Made by a program: the position numbers and the translations under genes | Shown here: piece after piece, positions 25,892 through 37,092 of the stretch | Numbering within the stretch: position 1 is the first letter of the stretch | Layout: each line of letters opens with the position of its first letter | NCBI GenBank assembly: GCA_964187785.1 | Contig: OZ076409.1 | Location: 14,758,001 to 14,822,000 of the forward strand | Length of the DNA: 64,000 nucleotides | Direction: 5' to 3' | Origin: Amphiscolops sp. MND2022 | Lineage: Eukaryota | Notes under the pieces: model-generated | What the model was told of the DNA's origin: nothing | The model's input: only the letters and a program-made list of their open reading frames with translations | Database searches by the model: none

Positions 25892-28163
25892 CTATCATCG
25901 CTGATCCATACGTGGAAGACACTAACGAAGAATTTACTTCCGATATCTCTAGAGACTCCTTCCTACCTGAACAACTCTCTGAGGCATCGTTCGAATTGGA
26001 ACCCACAAGACCGGTCCCTCCTCGTACCATCCAGACACGTACTCAAACTGCCCTAGAACAAGGGGTCCCGCGCAGGAGATTCAGCCAATTCGGATACCCA
26101 TCCGAATCAGACTCTGAGGCCGAAGCGCCCGGACCTCCTCCCATGACCTCTCCCTCCCAGGTAGTATTCCCCGAAATCGACGATCTAGAACCACTATTTT
26201 CTGATCAGGAGGAAATACTACCACCAACTCTCACCGAAAGCTTGGTACCATCGCCCTCTGGAACTTCAGCTCCATTACTATCTAACCCCTCACTCACAGA
26301 TACCTTAAGCAACTTCCCCCTATTTAACTAACAAACAAAGAATCCCAACAAACAGACTGATCCAATCCAAACCACTGAACCTAAAGAACATAATGTCGGA
26401 CCCGACAACCAGATCACGAGTCAAAACCCACCACCCACAACTACCAACATTAGAGGTCGACCTCGAGGCAGACCCCCCGGTCTCAGAAACCAACTACCCA
26501 AGTCATCAAGCGGAACTACTACGTCTTCCTGGAGACCAACCACACGGAAGAAAAGAGGCCCAAGAACCCAATTTTCCTCCAGAACCGCACCCAGGACACT
26601 TGACAGAGCCATGACTCTCCCTCAGATTCCTGAGAGTTCAACTCCTACTCAATCAAACCAACTAGATGATACTTCCAGACAAGCACCACGCTATCAACTC
26701 CGAGCCAACAGAACGCCAAAATATAGATGCGGAACCTGTGGTTCCCGTGACTGTAGTTGCATCCAGCTAGTCACAACGGAACCCCCGAATCAGCGACTGG
26801 CCCTGGGAGCGATGATTCCGGCTTGCGAACTCATCTTAGCACAAACAGCAAACCATCCACAACACGAAATCTTGAATATACGAGTAAAGCTACAAAAACC
26901 CAAAACCCCGCCAACCATCCGACACATCACCTTAACATTTGAGAAGACTTTTACAAGCACCGAATCTGAATCAATACCACCTCTAGAATCCACTTTGAAA
27001 GAAATGCATAAATTCTCCCCTTCTAATTGCCCAACGTATCGCTTCAAAGAATGGACAACTCATGAAAAGATGGACTTGAATTCACATTAGCCGCAACCAT
27101 TCCCCCTTTACCACCCTCATTCTTATTCGGTGAGCTAGACGATACCTGCAACAACCTCCAAATGATTCGGTGCATCACCGACAACCAACTATGGAAGAAA
27201 TATCACATCACTTCCCCTCCGGGTGACGTATATCAACCATCCACAGGATGGTGGTTCCTAGTCACTTCCCTCGACGACTCCTCATTGGTCTCACCGACTA
27301 CATTATTACTATGCCTAGAGAATCTACGCACCCTTGTAGAGACAAGCGACACCCTATGTTTTCATCTCGCCGACATTTACCGCGGAAAATTCTTGAGCCA
27401 ACACTGGTTGCAACTGATAGTCATTATCTTTTGCAGACAAACGAAGATTTGCATTTTCGACCGATTAACATACACACCCAAAACTCCAATATCTCCATTA
27501 GAAGCACTTTCCGTAATGCACAGCTGGTCGTGCATACACATGGGTAACCGCCCCCTGCAACGTACAATATGGGAAGATCGCAAAGCATTTTTTGGACACT
27601 TGATGTCGAACCCCTTAGAGAATCATGCAGCAGAAACTGGAAAATGGCTCATATCACAACCGAAAATTCGTCCAAGCCACGTGCCATGGATTACTTACTC
27701 TGACACGGATATTCTACAAGCCTCTGGCACACTAGTATTGTGTTGTCCCGCAAACCTCTAATTCCAATCGGCGACTATTCGATATATCATTCGCGAAGAT
27801 GGACAAGAAACCATCTTCCGTTTAAAACCTTCGGTTGGCATGACCATTTGCTTGCAATATTCCCACACGGCACCCTGGAACAATCAAATTTTCCTCTTGT
27901 GCACCAGAGCCTCCAACAAGCACCCACTCCTGCACGAAACCCTACATACATGCCTCAACCACCTCCGACACCAACTCCATCAACACGGAATTTCCCAAAT
28001 TCATATACCCATCTATGATCCCGAACGATCGATCAATCTCCTACCAACTTGGTACGCCACACTCCGGGACCATTTTTTCGGGTTGAATCTAGAAATAATA
28101 CTCCACGATAGAGTCTACGTTTCAATCGCATCAATTTCTCCTACTGACATCACTGCTGATTGA
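25860..28163 (+). pseudogene. Integrase C-terminal extension ending in two TARG1/OARD1-like macrodomains
   Basis: P/S/E-rich linker and CGTCGSRDCSC motif, then WWFLVTS..TLLLCLENLR..HWLQLIVIIF and DILQASGTLVLCCPANL..IFLLCTR..ETLHTCLNHLRHQLHQHGISQIHIP..WYATLRDHF, both paralleling the OARD1 pattern. Stops at 26329 and 27759; frameshift ~27070. Confidence 0.72.
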
Positions 28164-28504
28164 ATCCTCATAACTGCAGGGCCAGAGGCCAGCCCTCCTT
28201 ATTCTTCTGAAAAACCATCCCACTTTCCTTATTGACTTTCTCGATACGTGCGAACTAGTCCGTAGGATTTTTAATGACTGCACTCTATTAAGCTACAAGT
28301 CTTCCTAACACTTACTCGGTTTTTTAAGTTTTAACCATTTGTATTCCCTTCTTAACTTTTTTGATATACCCTATGAAACTCCTCTCTACTCATGTGCAAC
28401 TTGCTTTTCAGTTTTATCCTATTGCTTCGCCCTTGCGCAGCTTTCCTAACTTGCACCATCACTCACTTTCATCGATATCACCCTATTCCCTATCAGTGCT
28501 ATCA

Positions 28505-31500
28505 ATGGACTCTTCATCACGCAACCGCATGCCTGCACCCAGCAGCCAACAGAATCCCCAACCTCGTATGCCTCCTGCTAACACTCTTCCACCAGTGGGC
28601 GAGGTTATTGGTCGAATCGAACAACTAGCCTTAGTCCAACAAGCTTTACAAGATGGAGCCACCCCCACCATGATCGCTGGCTTTGCCATGATCGTAACAC
28701 AGATGCAAGCTCAAGCTGTGCACCCAGAAGTCCTGTTAACCATCACGAGTAGCATCGGGCCGCTTGAGCGTTCCGCTACCTTCCGCGATGGCGTTTGGCA
28801 TGGTTATGACTTAACTCATAATCTTATTGACCCTCGCTCCCACATGCTCTATGGAGAAACTGAAAGGCCTCCAATGGATCAGGAACGATCATTCAGAATC
28901 TCTCCCCCAACGATTCAACCTTTGTTCCAAGCACCACAGCCAACCCCCCCCCACAAACCATGATTCAGCTTCCACCCACCAAAACTACAACCTTCAGCTG
29001 CATCCTACCCTTAATGCCACCTCCAATTCCCACACCACCTATGCCTCTGGCATCCGTAAGTGTCAGCTCGCTCACTCCATCTACTTCTGGCTTTATGCTT
29101 CCTTCCACCTTTCAGGGGAGAGGGGTGCAAGTAAGCCCCATCGAATGCAACCAAGTAACAACACAAGAACAAGCCAAAGAAACTCGCCCGACAAGAAAGG
29201 TCACGTTCCAAGATGCATATGAAGAACTAATTCCCTCCACCTCCAACACCCAACCTGCCCGAAACGAACCCAGCAGACTGATAGGATTCCAAAAGGATCC
29301 AAAACTGCATGAACGGCAAAGAGAAGAACAGCGAGAGGAAAGAAAGGCCAACAATGCTCCAATAGACCTTCGCGACAAGTTGAACGCAACCAAGAGGGCC
29401 AGAGAACAAGACGGGCAATCTAGCTCAAGATCAAACAAAGGAATTCAATCCCCATCCCCTAGCCAACCAGAGACCAGGAGGCAAAAGGTCGCAAGAGAGC
29501 TACTGACTGCGGCAGAAATGAAGCAGCTGGATATAACGGCAAAGGACGCAGTGCGTCTTCAACGCGAAGTACCAAATATGCCTGATGAAGAAAATCCTCC
29601 AAGTCAGAAGTTTGCGAGCGCTAATAGCAAAGGTGACCAAACCACTCAGCGAATCATAGAGAAGGCAAACATTGGAGTAGTTTACAACAGACCAGTTAAG
29701 CCACCGATATTCACCAATGATGGAGGAGTCCCGCCATGGCTCGAGCGTCTTAGGAGAGAGTTGCAGAACAGTAACTCAACGTACCTACAACCGCTCCAAG
29801 CAACCAACGAGCGACTAGCTCGCCAGAGACCCGGCAGATTCGGAGAAAGTCATCTACAATCAAAAAACTATGCAAGGAACCCCATCACCCTGCTGCCAAT
29901 GGGAAAAGACCTATTGCAAAAAACCAGAATTGCTCTCTTCGTAGACTCGACCATCAAATCATCGTACAATTCTAACAATAATCTGATGGATTATAGACTA
30001 ATGAACATGCCCTGCACCGCACTCAATGAAATGGCTGAGGTAACCGACAAAATGCTCACACCAGCGGCGGCAGAAACAAAACCTCTTCCACCAATCCTGG
30101 TATACTCGAACGTAATCGACCACCTCGCCCTGCGAGGATCAATGCGACACTTCGATACGCTGAGCACTCGATTCACTGAAGGATTTGTCACCGACGAAGT
30201 CACCGCGTACGTAGAAACATTGTCCCATATTGCCACATTGATGAAAAATAAGAAACCAAACACAGGAACAGTCTTCGTGTCACCCCCTGGATACATCTAT
30301 CTCCCGAGAGCGTTGCAACAATTCTTGTACTTGGTGCTGGAAGCATCCTATGCAAGAGACTTGCATTTCTACATCGTTGCTCCGAACTTAAGGATCAACG
30401 TAACCACGTGGCGCCCCTGTGAAGCATCATACCCCGCATTCTTGGCTGATATATCCAAGGCTATCCAAGGATTTACGGGATATGAAGGCAACTCACAGCT
30501 TATTGTTGACGAAGCCACCGCATACGACTACGGAATGCAAATGTCCATCAGATCCCTAGATGAAAACGGTGTGCGCAAAGTATTTGACCCAAACGAAGGT
30601 GAGAGAAAACACCTGATAGATAACCTCTGGTTTGAAAGGAGGGACGAATCCACCCTCGATGAAAAGACTCACGATCCGAAATTCCATAAAGAGCTCCTAG
30701 CTCTTTTCAAGGAAACAGAGATGATCAAAGCAGAACGGACCAACACTACTGTGTTCCCCATTGCAGCCATAGCAACAGATGCCAAACTCGACATGGCGTC
30801 CCTCACCTTGACACTCTTGATGGTAATGACACGAGGCTTGGCAAGACAGAACGAAGCAGAACCAAATCACACTTACCAAACTTGGCACAAAGCCTTACGT
30901 GAAACTCTAAATCAGGTCGCCCTGCGGCTGGAAATCCCATTCCCTGTATTCCTCTACAATATCTCCCCCTTTTGGCTCCCAAGTTTCGTCCAAGCTCAAT
31001 TCAACCTCGATGACCAACAAATACGCCTATACGTGGAGGCAATGCGAAAAGCCACCATAAGCGAAATATTGGCTTATTTAATGGCGGTGGGCATGCACGC
31101 AGTCTACAAAGGACCCTCAGGCATTCTGCAGAAGCTGATCTTCGACAAAGGACACTTACCGCTCTTCAGCTACCTGGTGTATGCTCAAAATCAGAAGAAC
31201 TGGCTGCAAGCAATCTTAGGTGCCTTGGACCCAGCGGGTCCCCAACGATTGAAGAAACAACTAGAACTGAACATTGAAGCCATTCTCACGTGGATCTACT
31301 CAACTTGGGTAAATGTCGCGGTTCTTATGCATCTTCTGGATGAAAACCCGGCCATCAATAGAGAACCTAACCTTTTCCCTGGCTTCTTTTTTCCCTCACA
31401 AATGGCCACTCTCATGTTGGTGTGTTGGTGGAAACAGAGGATTTAATACCTCTAATCGCTCCCATCGTCTGGTCAATTTTTGGCGCGGTCATGGCACTGA

Positions 31501-32664
31501 GATACCCGACCCAAGTCTTGCGTGTGGCAGCGAATACTCCCACTTTTTCCATACTACACTTTGTAACGACAGATGGAACCCAACCGGAGCCCACCTACCG
31601 CGGAGTAATAGCCAACTTCAATTCTTTACAACCGCCTATGGCCTACACAATCATCAAAGACAAAAAGCAGGCAGAACACAAATTCACATCTATCATAAGA
31701 GCACGTGCGCGATGCGCCCTCCCGATGCCAATGGAATTCCATCCAATCGCATGGCTACATATCCCTCTGAACCCAGCAACAGGAGCAGCGCATTCCCTTG
31801 CAGACTGGAACACAGAAGTGATCTTGAGGATCTTAACCACTGTAATTCAGAGATTGGGCGGCAGAAGGCGAGGCGAAAAACCAAGTGGGTTACGATATCC
31901 TTATGTATGTGACATTTCAAGGATGTACTGTGATCGAACCAATCCCCGCGCACACCCATCCCATATACTAGAAGCAACGACATGCTGGTCAAAACCAGAC
32001 TTGGTGGATTTTGCAGTTCACCAGACGTCTCAGCGCATGAAGGCAAAGACGCCCTCAGTGGCAAAAGAACCAAATAGAAAAGCCTTACCAATCAGTACAG
32101 ATGTCCCAAACAATCCGCGCGCCGCGCTGGAAATTTTCTTAAATCTGCACAACAAACAAAGGGAACGAGGATGTTTCTGTTGGCGAAGACTATGCACGCG
32201 GAATTCAGAATTTCAAAAATTTGTTCGTACAGTATGGCCACCCAGAATTGGCCGACAAACTGCCCGACTTCCCACAGGGAAATACCACCGAACAAAATAG
32301 TGTAACAAATACGGCTGCCCCTGACAGCTCACAGCAAACAATACCCAGTGGGTTGCCCTCGGAAGGAACTGAGACTTGAATGGAGGAAGACCAGGAGAAT
32401 CTATCCATTGCCACAGAAACCCATGATGAACCCATTACAGACGATAATTTCACTCTGTCCGATGGCACAACCCCTACCCAAGATGAACCAGAGACGGGAA
32501 TATCGCAAATCGACGCTGCTGATATTGAATCAGAGTTGAAAAACTTACTCACCATCGACGACTCAATCCAATATCCTCCCTTGGTGGCGGAATTGTCAAC
32601 AAATCAGCAGTCAACAGTAACATCATCCGTTTCGGACTCACAACAGAGCCAAAATGATGAGTAA
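28505..32664 (+). pseudogene. Accessory ORF3 (~1380 codons if repaired) with SGNH-hydrolase-like domain at ~29925-30475
   Basis: Abutting ORFs 28361/28960/31422/32380 are joined by frameshifts (poly-C ~28945, TGTTGGTG duplication ~31415). SGNH-like blocks IALFVDS, PPILVYSNVIDHL, KPNTGTVFVSPP and WRPCEASY. Confidence 0.7.
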
Positions 32665-33205
32665 AGGAGCAACAACCGACGCTGACCCGTCTACCAAATG
32701 AAAACCAGAGCTTACCCTCAAATGGACACAACCTCATCCTAATGGTCCTAGACCATTTCATTTTTGTTGGTGCTAAGACACTGAATTCCTGAGCAATACT
32801 CATTATATGCTTAAAATTTTAGTTAAACCATGCTATGTGGGTGGGCCCTGAGCCAGTTCCCACCCTCTCCAATTCGGTATTTGACCATTGTTACCAAGAC
32901 CCGAATTTTGTTACCCCGAGAAGTGCCAGAGCACCTTCTAGAAAAAAGATTTTAACCTAAGTTCGTGGAATTGCATGTAATTTTTGAAACCGTCTGCCAT
33001 AATTTTAGTTTTGTCAAGTAAATTTTTAAGTTGTCGTTAGACTGACTGATATTAGTACGAGGAGATAACAAGGAAATTTGGAGGTTGAAGGAAAACAAAT
33101 AAGAAAAAATGAAACCTTCCTAAGGTGTTCAGAAAACTCTCAACATTGCTAGCACCCTCTGGGTATTACATCCTCTTCTTTGCCGAGGACGACAAACTAC
33201 GGCCC

Positions 33206-33213
33206 GGGGAGGA
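33206..33213 (+). promoter_or_regulatory. Polypurine tract
   Basis: GGGGAGGA immediately before the TG of the 3' LTR. Confidence 0.8.
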
Positions 33214-33944
33214 TGTAACGTCTGCCACCGGCATGACCAAAATTTCGATGAAAAATTCAAAATGTGCGATGTCAAAACAGAAGAAAAAAGATTGCCGACC
33301 TAGCAAATACAAAAAAAGGATGAAAGAAAAAAGAAAATACGCGGAGAGCGAGCAAGAAACAGAGCACGTGTGAAAAAATTGCAGAAGAAGATGAAGAATT
33401 GCCAGAAGATGAAGAAACATCAGCAGAAAGATTATCGGAATGTTGTGCCATCTCCTTGGGAAATCAACAACATCTGCAGAGCCTTGCCAGAGGCAAAATA
33501 TGGATGATGAACTGAAAACTGTAAAGTAACTGGGGCTTATCCCCGTTTTCCCTTATTATTTCCATATTTCCCCTTTAGTATTTGGAAGATGTTTGACCTT
33601 CTAGGTCTTTTTATATCTTATTTGCCAAATACTATCTTTTCCAGCTGATCACCGTTTTTGACCTCGGAAGCATGTAGGAACTCGTAGGAACGCACTAGAA
33701 ACCTTAGGGAACGTTTTTACAGGCTTGTGGGGCGTGTCCGGACTTTGAGAGTGCCGGCGCGTCGCTTCGGAACTCTAACTAGACAAGCCTCCGAACTCTA
33801 ACTAGACGTCAGAAGGGTCCCCCTAGGAGACCATTTTGGGACCAAAAACTAGTGTCTAGGTATGTAGTAAGACAACGGTCTCCTGTTTAAGCATCCTAGG
33901 CATTGTCCCTCTTCCTAGATGTGCGTCGCTAGCCGGTCGTTACA
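33214..33944 (+). repeat. 3' LTR (731 bp)
   Basis: TGTAACG...CGTTACA, direct repeat of the 5' LTR. Confidence 0.97.
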
Positions 33945-34183
33945 CAATCTTATCGGTTCTGAGCAAACTCTTTGAGCGGGTAGTTTTCGAGCGACAATTA
34001 AATTCATGCAAGTGAACAATCTTTTCTATTGTAAATTCGGATCAAAAATAAGTACACTGAATGCACTAAGGGGCATATTGGAAACGATCCGAAATGATAC
34101 CCAACTTGATGTATCCTGTATGCTATTGAATCTGTAAAAACGGCGTTGTTAGTGATATGTCGAATGATTGGCGAGGTTAAATA

Positions 34184-34257
34184 AGCCATTTGGTCCAAGA
34201 GTTAAGGCGCTTGACTACTATCAAGATCCGTCTTGCGATGCAGGTTCTGTCATGGCT
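34184..34257 (+). pseudogene. tRNA-Ser-like pseudogene / SINE head (copies at ~35277, ~39768, ~40861)
   Basis: AGCCAT..ATGGCT acceptor-like stem, GTTAAGGCG D-arm end, CTTGA/TCAAG anticodon stem, long variable arm, GCAGGTTC with deleted T-loop remainder. Confidence 0.6.
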
Positions 34258-34266
34258 ACTTTCACA

Positions 34267-34767
34267 GGTTACCAGTCACTTGGTTTAATACCATTTGGCT
34301 CATTTTTTTTCTTGAGTCACTTGGCTCAAAAATTTTAACCCAAGTGACCACAAAATTAGGCCAACTCCATTCCAACTCACGGAATAAATAAATCAACTCG
34401 CAAAGATAATCTCCAACTACGATCGCTTCGCGATCTCCGTTCCCTCTGGGTCTTTGCTCCTGTTCGACCTCACTTAGCAAGATGGGAATATAAGCGGCCC
34501 CAAGGGGCCGCAGGGCACTAGAGGAAATGGGGAAATATCCGAGGGGTACTTGATATGACAGGTTATAATAGTACGTTGACTACGTTATAATGATAAATTC
34601 GACAAAATCTGCCACGTGTTTTCAACTAAGTGGTTTTAAGTCAAATCACTTCAAGCCAAGTGACCAAAACCCGAGACACTTAGCTTGAAAAAATTAAGCC
34701 AAGTGACTAATGTCATTGAGCCAAGTGACTTTAAGCCAAACGGTATTAAGCAAAGTGACCATTTGTC
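34267..34767. mobile_element. MITE with GTCACTTGG/CCAAGTGAC subterminal arrays (4 copies through duplication)
   Basis: TSD CTTTCACA (34259-34266, 34768-34775); imperfect TIR GTCACTTGGTTTAATACC / GGTATTAAGCAAAGTGAC. Confidence 0.8.
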
Positions 34768-36011
34768 CTTTCACACAATCATGCCGAGTTTGAGTTGTTA
34801 TTAATCTAAGAATAACTCTTGAAATGAAACATGAAATCTTTGATAAAATTGAAGAGTTATGGTGTGAGAGGTATTTGTTTGGAATGGTTGCAGTGGTGTC
34901 TCAATGATCGTATCTAATGGGTGAGCGGAAATAGGTCGAAGGAACGGGATCGAAAATCAGAAATAGTTCTCGAGTCGACATACCAAATTTTTGAATGGGA
35001 TCGAAACAACTCGGATCGAAATTTTGATTTTTGGGGAACAAATCGAATTGCCGCAGATAGAATTTTCTAGAAGGGGACCGCAACTAAGGTCTAAAGAATA
35101 AGATCTAAGGAAATTTCGTAACTTAGATCTAAAGAACTAAGATCTAGAAAGCATGCACCGTAACTAAGGTCTAAATTGAAATAGAATAACGTCTAAGGAA
35201 TAACAATCCTGTATGCTATTGAATCTGTAAAAACGGCGTTGTTAGTGATATGTCGAATGATTGGCGAGGTTAAATAAGCCATTTGGTCCAAGAGTTAAGG
35301 CGCTTGACTACTATCAAGATCCGTCTTGCGATGCAGGTTCTGTCATGGCTACTTTCACAGGTTACCAGTCACTTGGTTTAATACCATTTGGCTCATTTTT
35401 TTTCTTGAGTCACTTGGCTTAAAAATTTTAACCCAAGTGACCACAAAATTAGGCCAACTCCATTCCAACTCACGGAAAAAATAAGTCAACTCGCAAAGTT
35501 AATCTCCAGCTACGATCGCTTCGCGATCTCCGTTCCCTCTGGGTCTTTGCTCCTGTTCGACCTCACTTAGCAAGATGGGAATATAAGCGGCCCCAAGGGG
35601 CCGCAGGGCACTAGAGGAAATGGGGAAATATCCGAGGGGTACTTGATATGACAGGTTATAATAGTACGCTGACTACGTTATAATGATAAATTCGACAAAA
35701 TCTGCCACGTGTTTTCAACTAAGTGGTTTTAAGTCAAATCACTTCAAGCCAAGTGACCAAAACCCGAGACACTTAGCTTGAAAAAATTAAGCCAAGTGAC
35801 TAATGTCATTGAGCCAAGTGACTTTAAGCCAAACGGTATTAAGCAAAGTGACCATTTGTCCTTTCACACAATCATGCCGAGTTTGAGTTGTTATTAATCT
35901 AAGAATAACTCTTGAAATGAATCATGAAATCTTTGATAAAATTGAAGGGTTTTGGTGTGAGAGGTATTTGTTTGGAATGGTTGCAGTGGTGTCTCAATGA
36001 TCGTATCCAAT

Positions 36012-37061
36012 GGGTGAGCGGAAATAGGTCGAAGGAACGGGATCGAAAATCAGAAATAGTTCTCGGGTCGACATACCAAATTTTTGAATGGGATCGAAAC
36101 AACTCGGATCGAAATTTTGATTTTTGGGGAACAAATCGAATTGCCGCAGATAGAATTTTCTAGAAGGGGACCGCAACTAAGGTCTAAAGAATAAGATCTA
36201 AGGAAATTTCGTAACTAAGATCTAAAGAACTAAGATCTAGAAAGCATGCACCGTAACTAAGGTCTAAATTGAAATAGAATAACGTCTAAGGAATAATGTG
36301 GGGTCATATACGGTGTATGCACGCTCGCCCTCACCGTCGCAAAGACCAGCTCCCACTATGATCGCTTCGCGATCTCCGTTCCCGCTAGGTCTTTGCTCCT
36401 GTTCGACCTCGCTTAGCAAGATGGGAACATAAGCGGCCCCCAAGGGGCCGCAGGGCACTAGAGGAAATGGGGACATATCTGAGGCACGTTTATTTTTTAA
36501 AGCATTTTATACTTTACCCGTAACATTTAAAAAATGGGAATAACGGAAATTAAAACGGGAATAACGTCTGAAATTTAGACTTTCGGTACTATTCGGGAGC
36601 TGGCATTCTCTAGATCTTAGTTACGAAAAATGACATTTAGATCTTAGTTCTTTAGATCTGAGTTACAGAAGTGCGTTTCGATCTTATTCCTTAGATCGTA
36701 GTTTGTGCCCACTTTCTAGAAAAGTATAAAACGTGTCTCGAATATGTCCCCATTTCCTCTAGCGCCCCGCGGCCCCTCGGGGCCGCGTATGTTCCCACCT
36801 TGCCAAGCCAGGTCGAACAGGACCAAAGACCTAGCGGGAACAGAGATCGCGAAGCGTTCGTAATGTGAGCTGGTCTTTGCGACGGTGAGGGCGAGCGTGC
36901 ATACACAGCATATGCCAACATTATGATAGTCAATTGACTTGAGGCAAACAAAGAACGTTTTCGTCCAGAAGGCTTCGATCAAACTCGACCGCATTCCATT
37001 CGATCCCTACAATTCGATCAAAAGGTTCGACCAAAAAAATTCGACCTATTTACAGCCACCC
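36012..37061. mobile_element. Mutator-like MITE, same GGTCGAA family as 14701-14957 (duplicate 41596-42645)
   Basis: 9-bp TSD GTATCCAAT; TIR GGGTGAGCGGAAATAGGTCGAA / TTCGACCTATTTACAGCCACCC. Confidence 0.9.
36166..36712. mobile_element. Nested Mutator-like MITE with ACTAAGATCT arrays (duplicate 41750-42296)
   Basis: 9-bp TSD TTTCTAGAA (36157-36165, 36713-36721); imperfect 22-bp TIR. Confidence 0.85.
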
Positions 37062-37092
37062 GTATCCAATGCGTTGCCCTTAATCATCAGTG

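Larger units (their letters stand above)
14683..33944 (+). mobile_element. Full-length giant Ty3/Gypsy LTR retrotransposon (~19.3 kb), defective copy
   Basis: Paired TGTAACG...CGTTACA LTRs, PBS, PPT, gag and PR-RT-RH-IN order; CAA(T) duplicated at the flanks. Confidence 0.97.
34113..36298 (+). repeat. 1093-bp tandem dimer (34113-35205, 35206-36298), repeated again at ~39762-41880
   Basis: ATCCTGTATGCTATTGAATC occurs at 34113, 35206 and ~40790. Confidence 0.95.

Noticed and set aside
19186..32803. Many minus-strand ORFs (for example 22070-22879, 269 aa)
   Set aside because: Antisense shadows of gag, pol and ORF3 with no motifs of their own.
34494..34521. Hairpin followed by CTAG as a canonical Helitron 3' end
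   Set aside because: Homology between copies continues about 25-30 bp past CTAG, so it is not the terminus.
34267..37061. Short regularly spaced repeats resembling a CRISPR array
   Set aside because: Eukaryotic context; they are inverted subterminal arrays of MITEs bounded by TSDs, with no cas genes.
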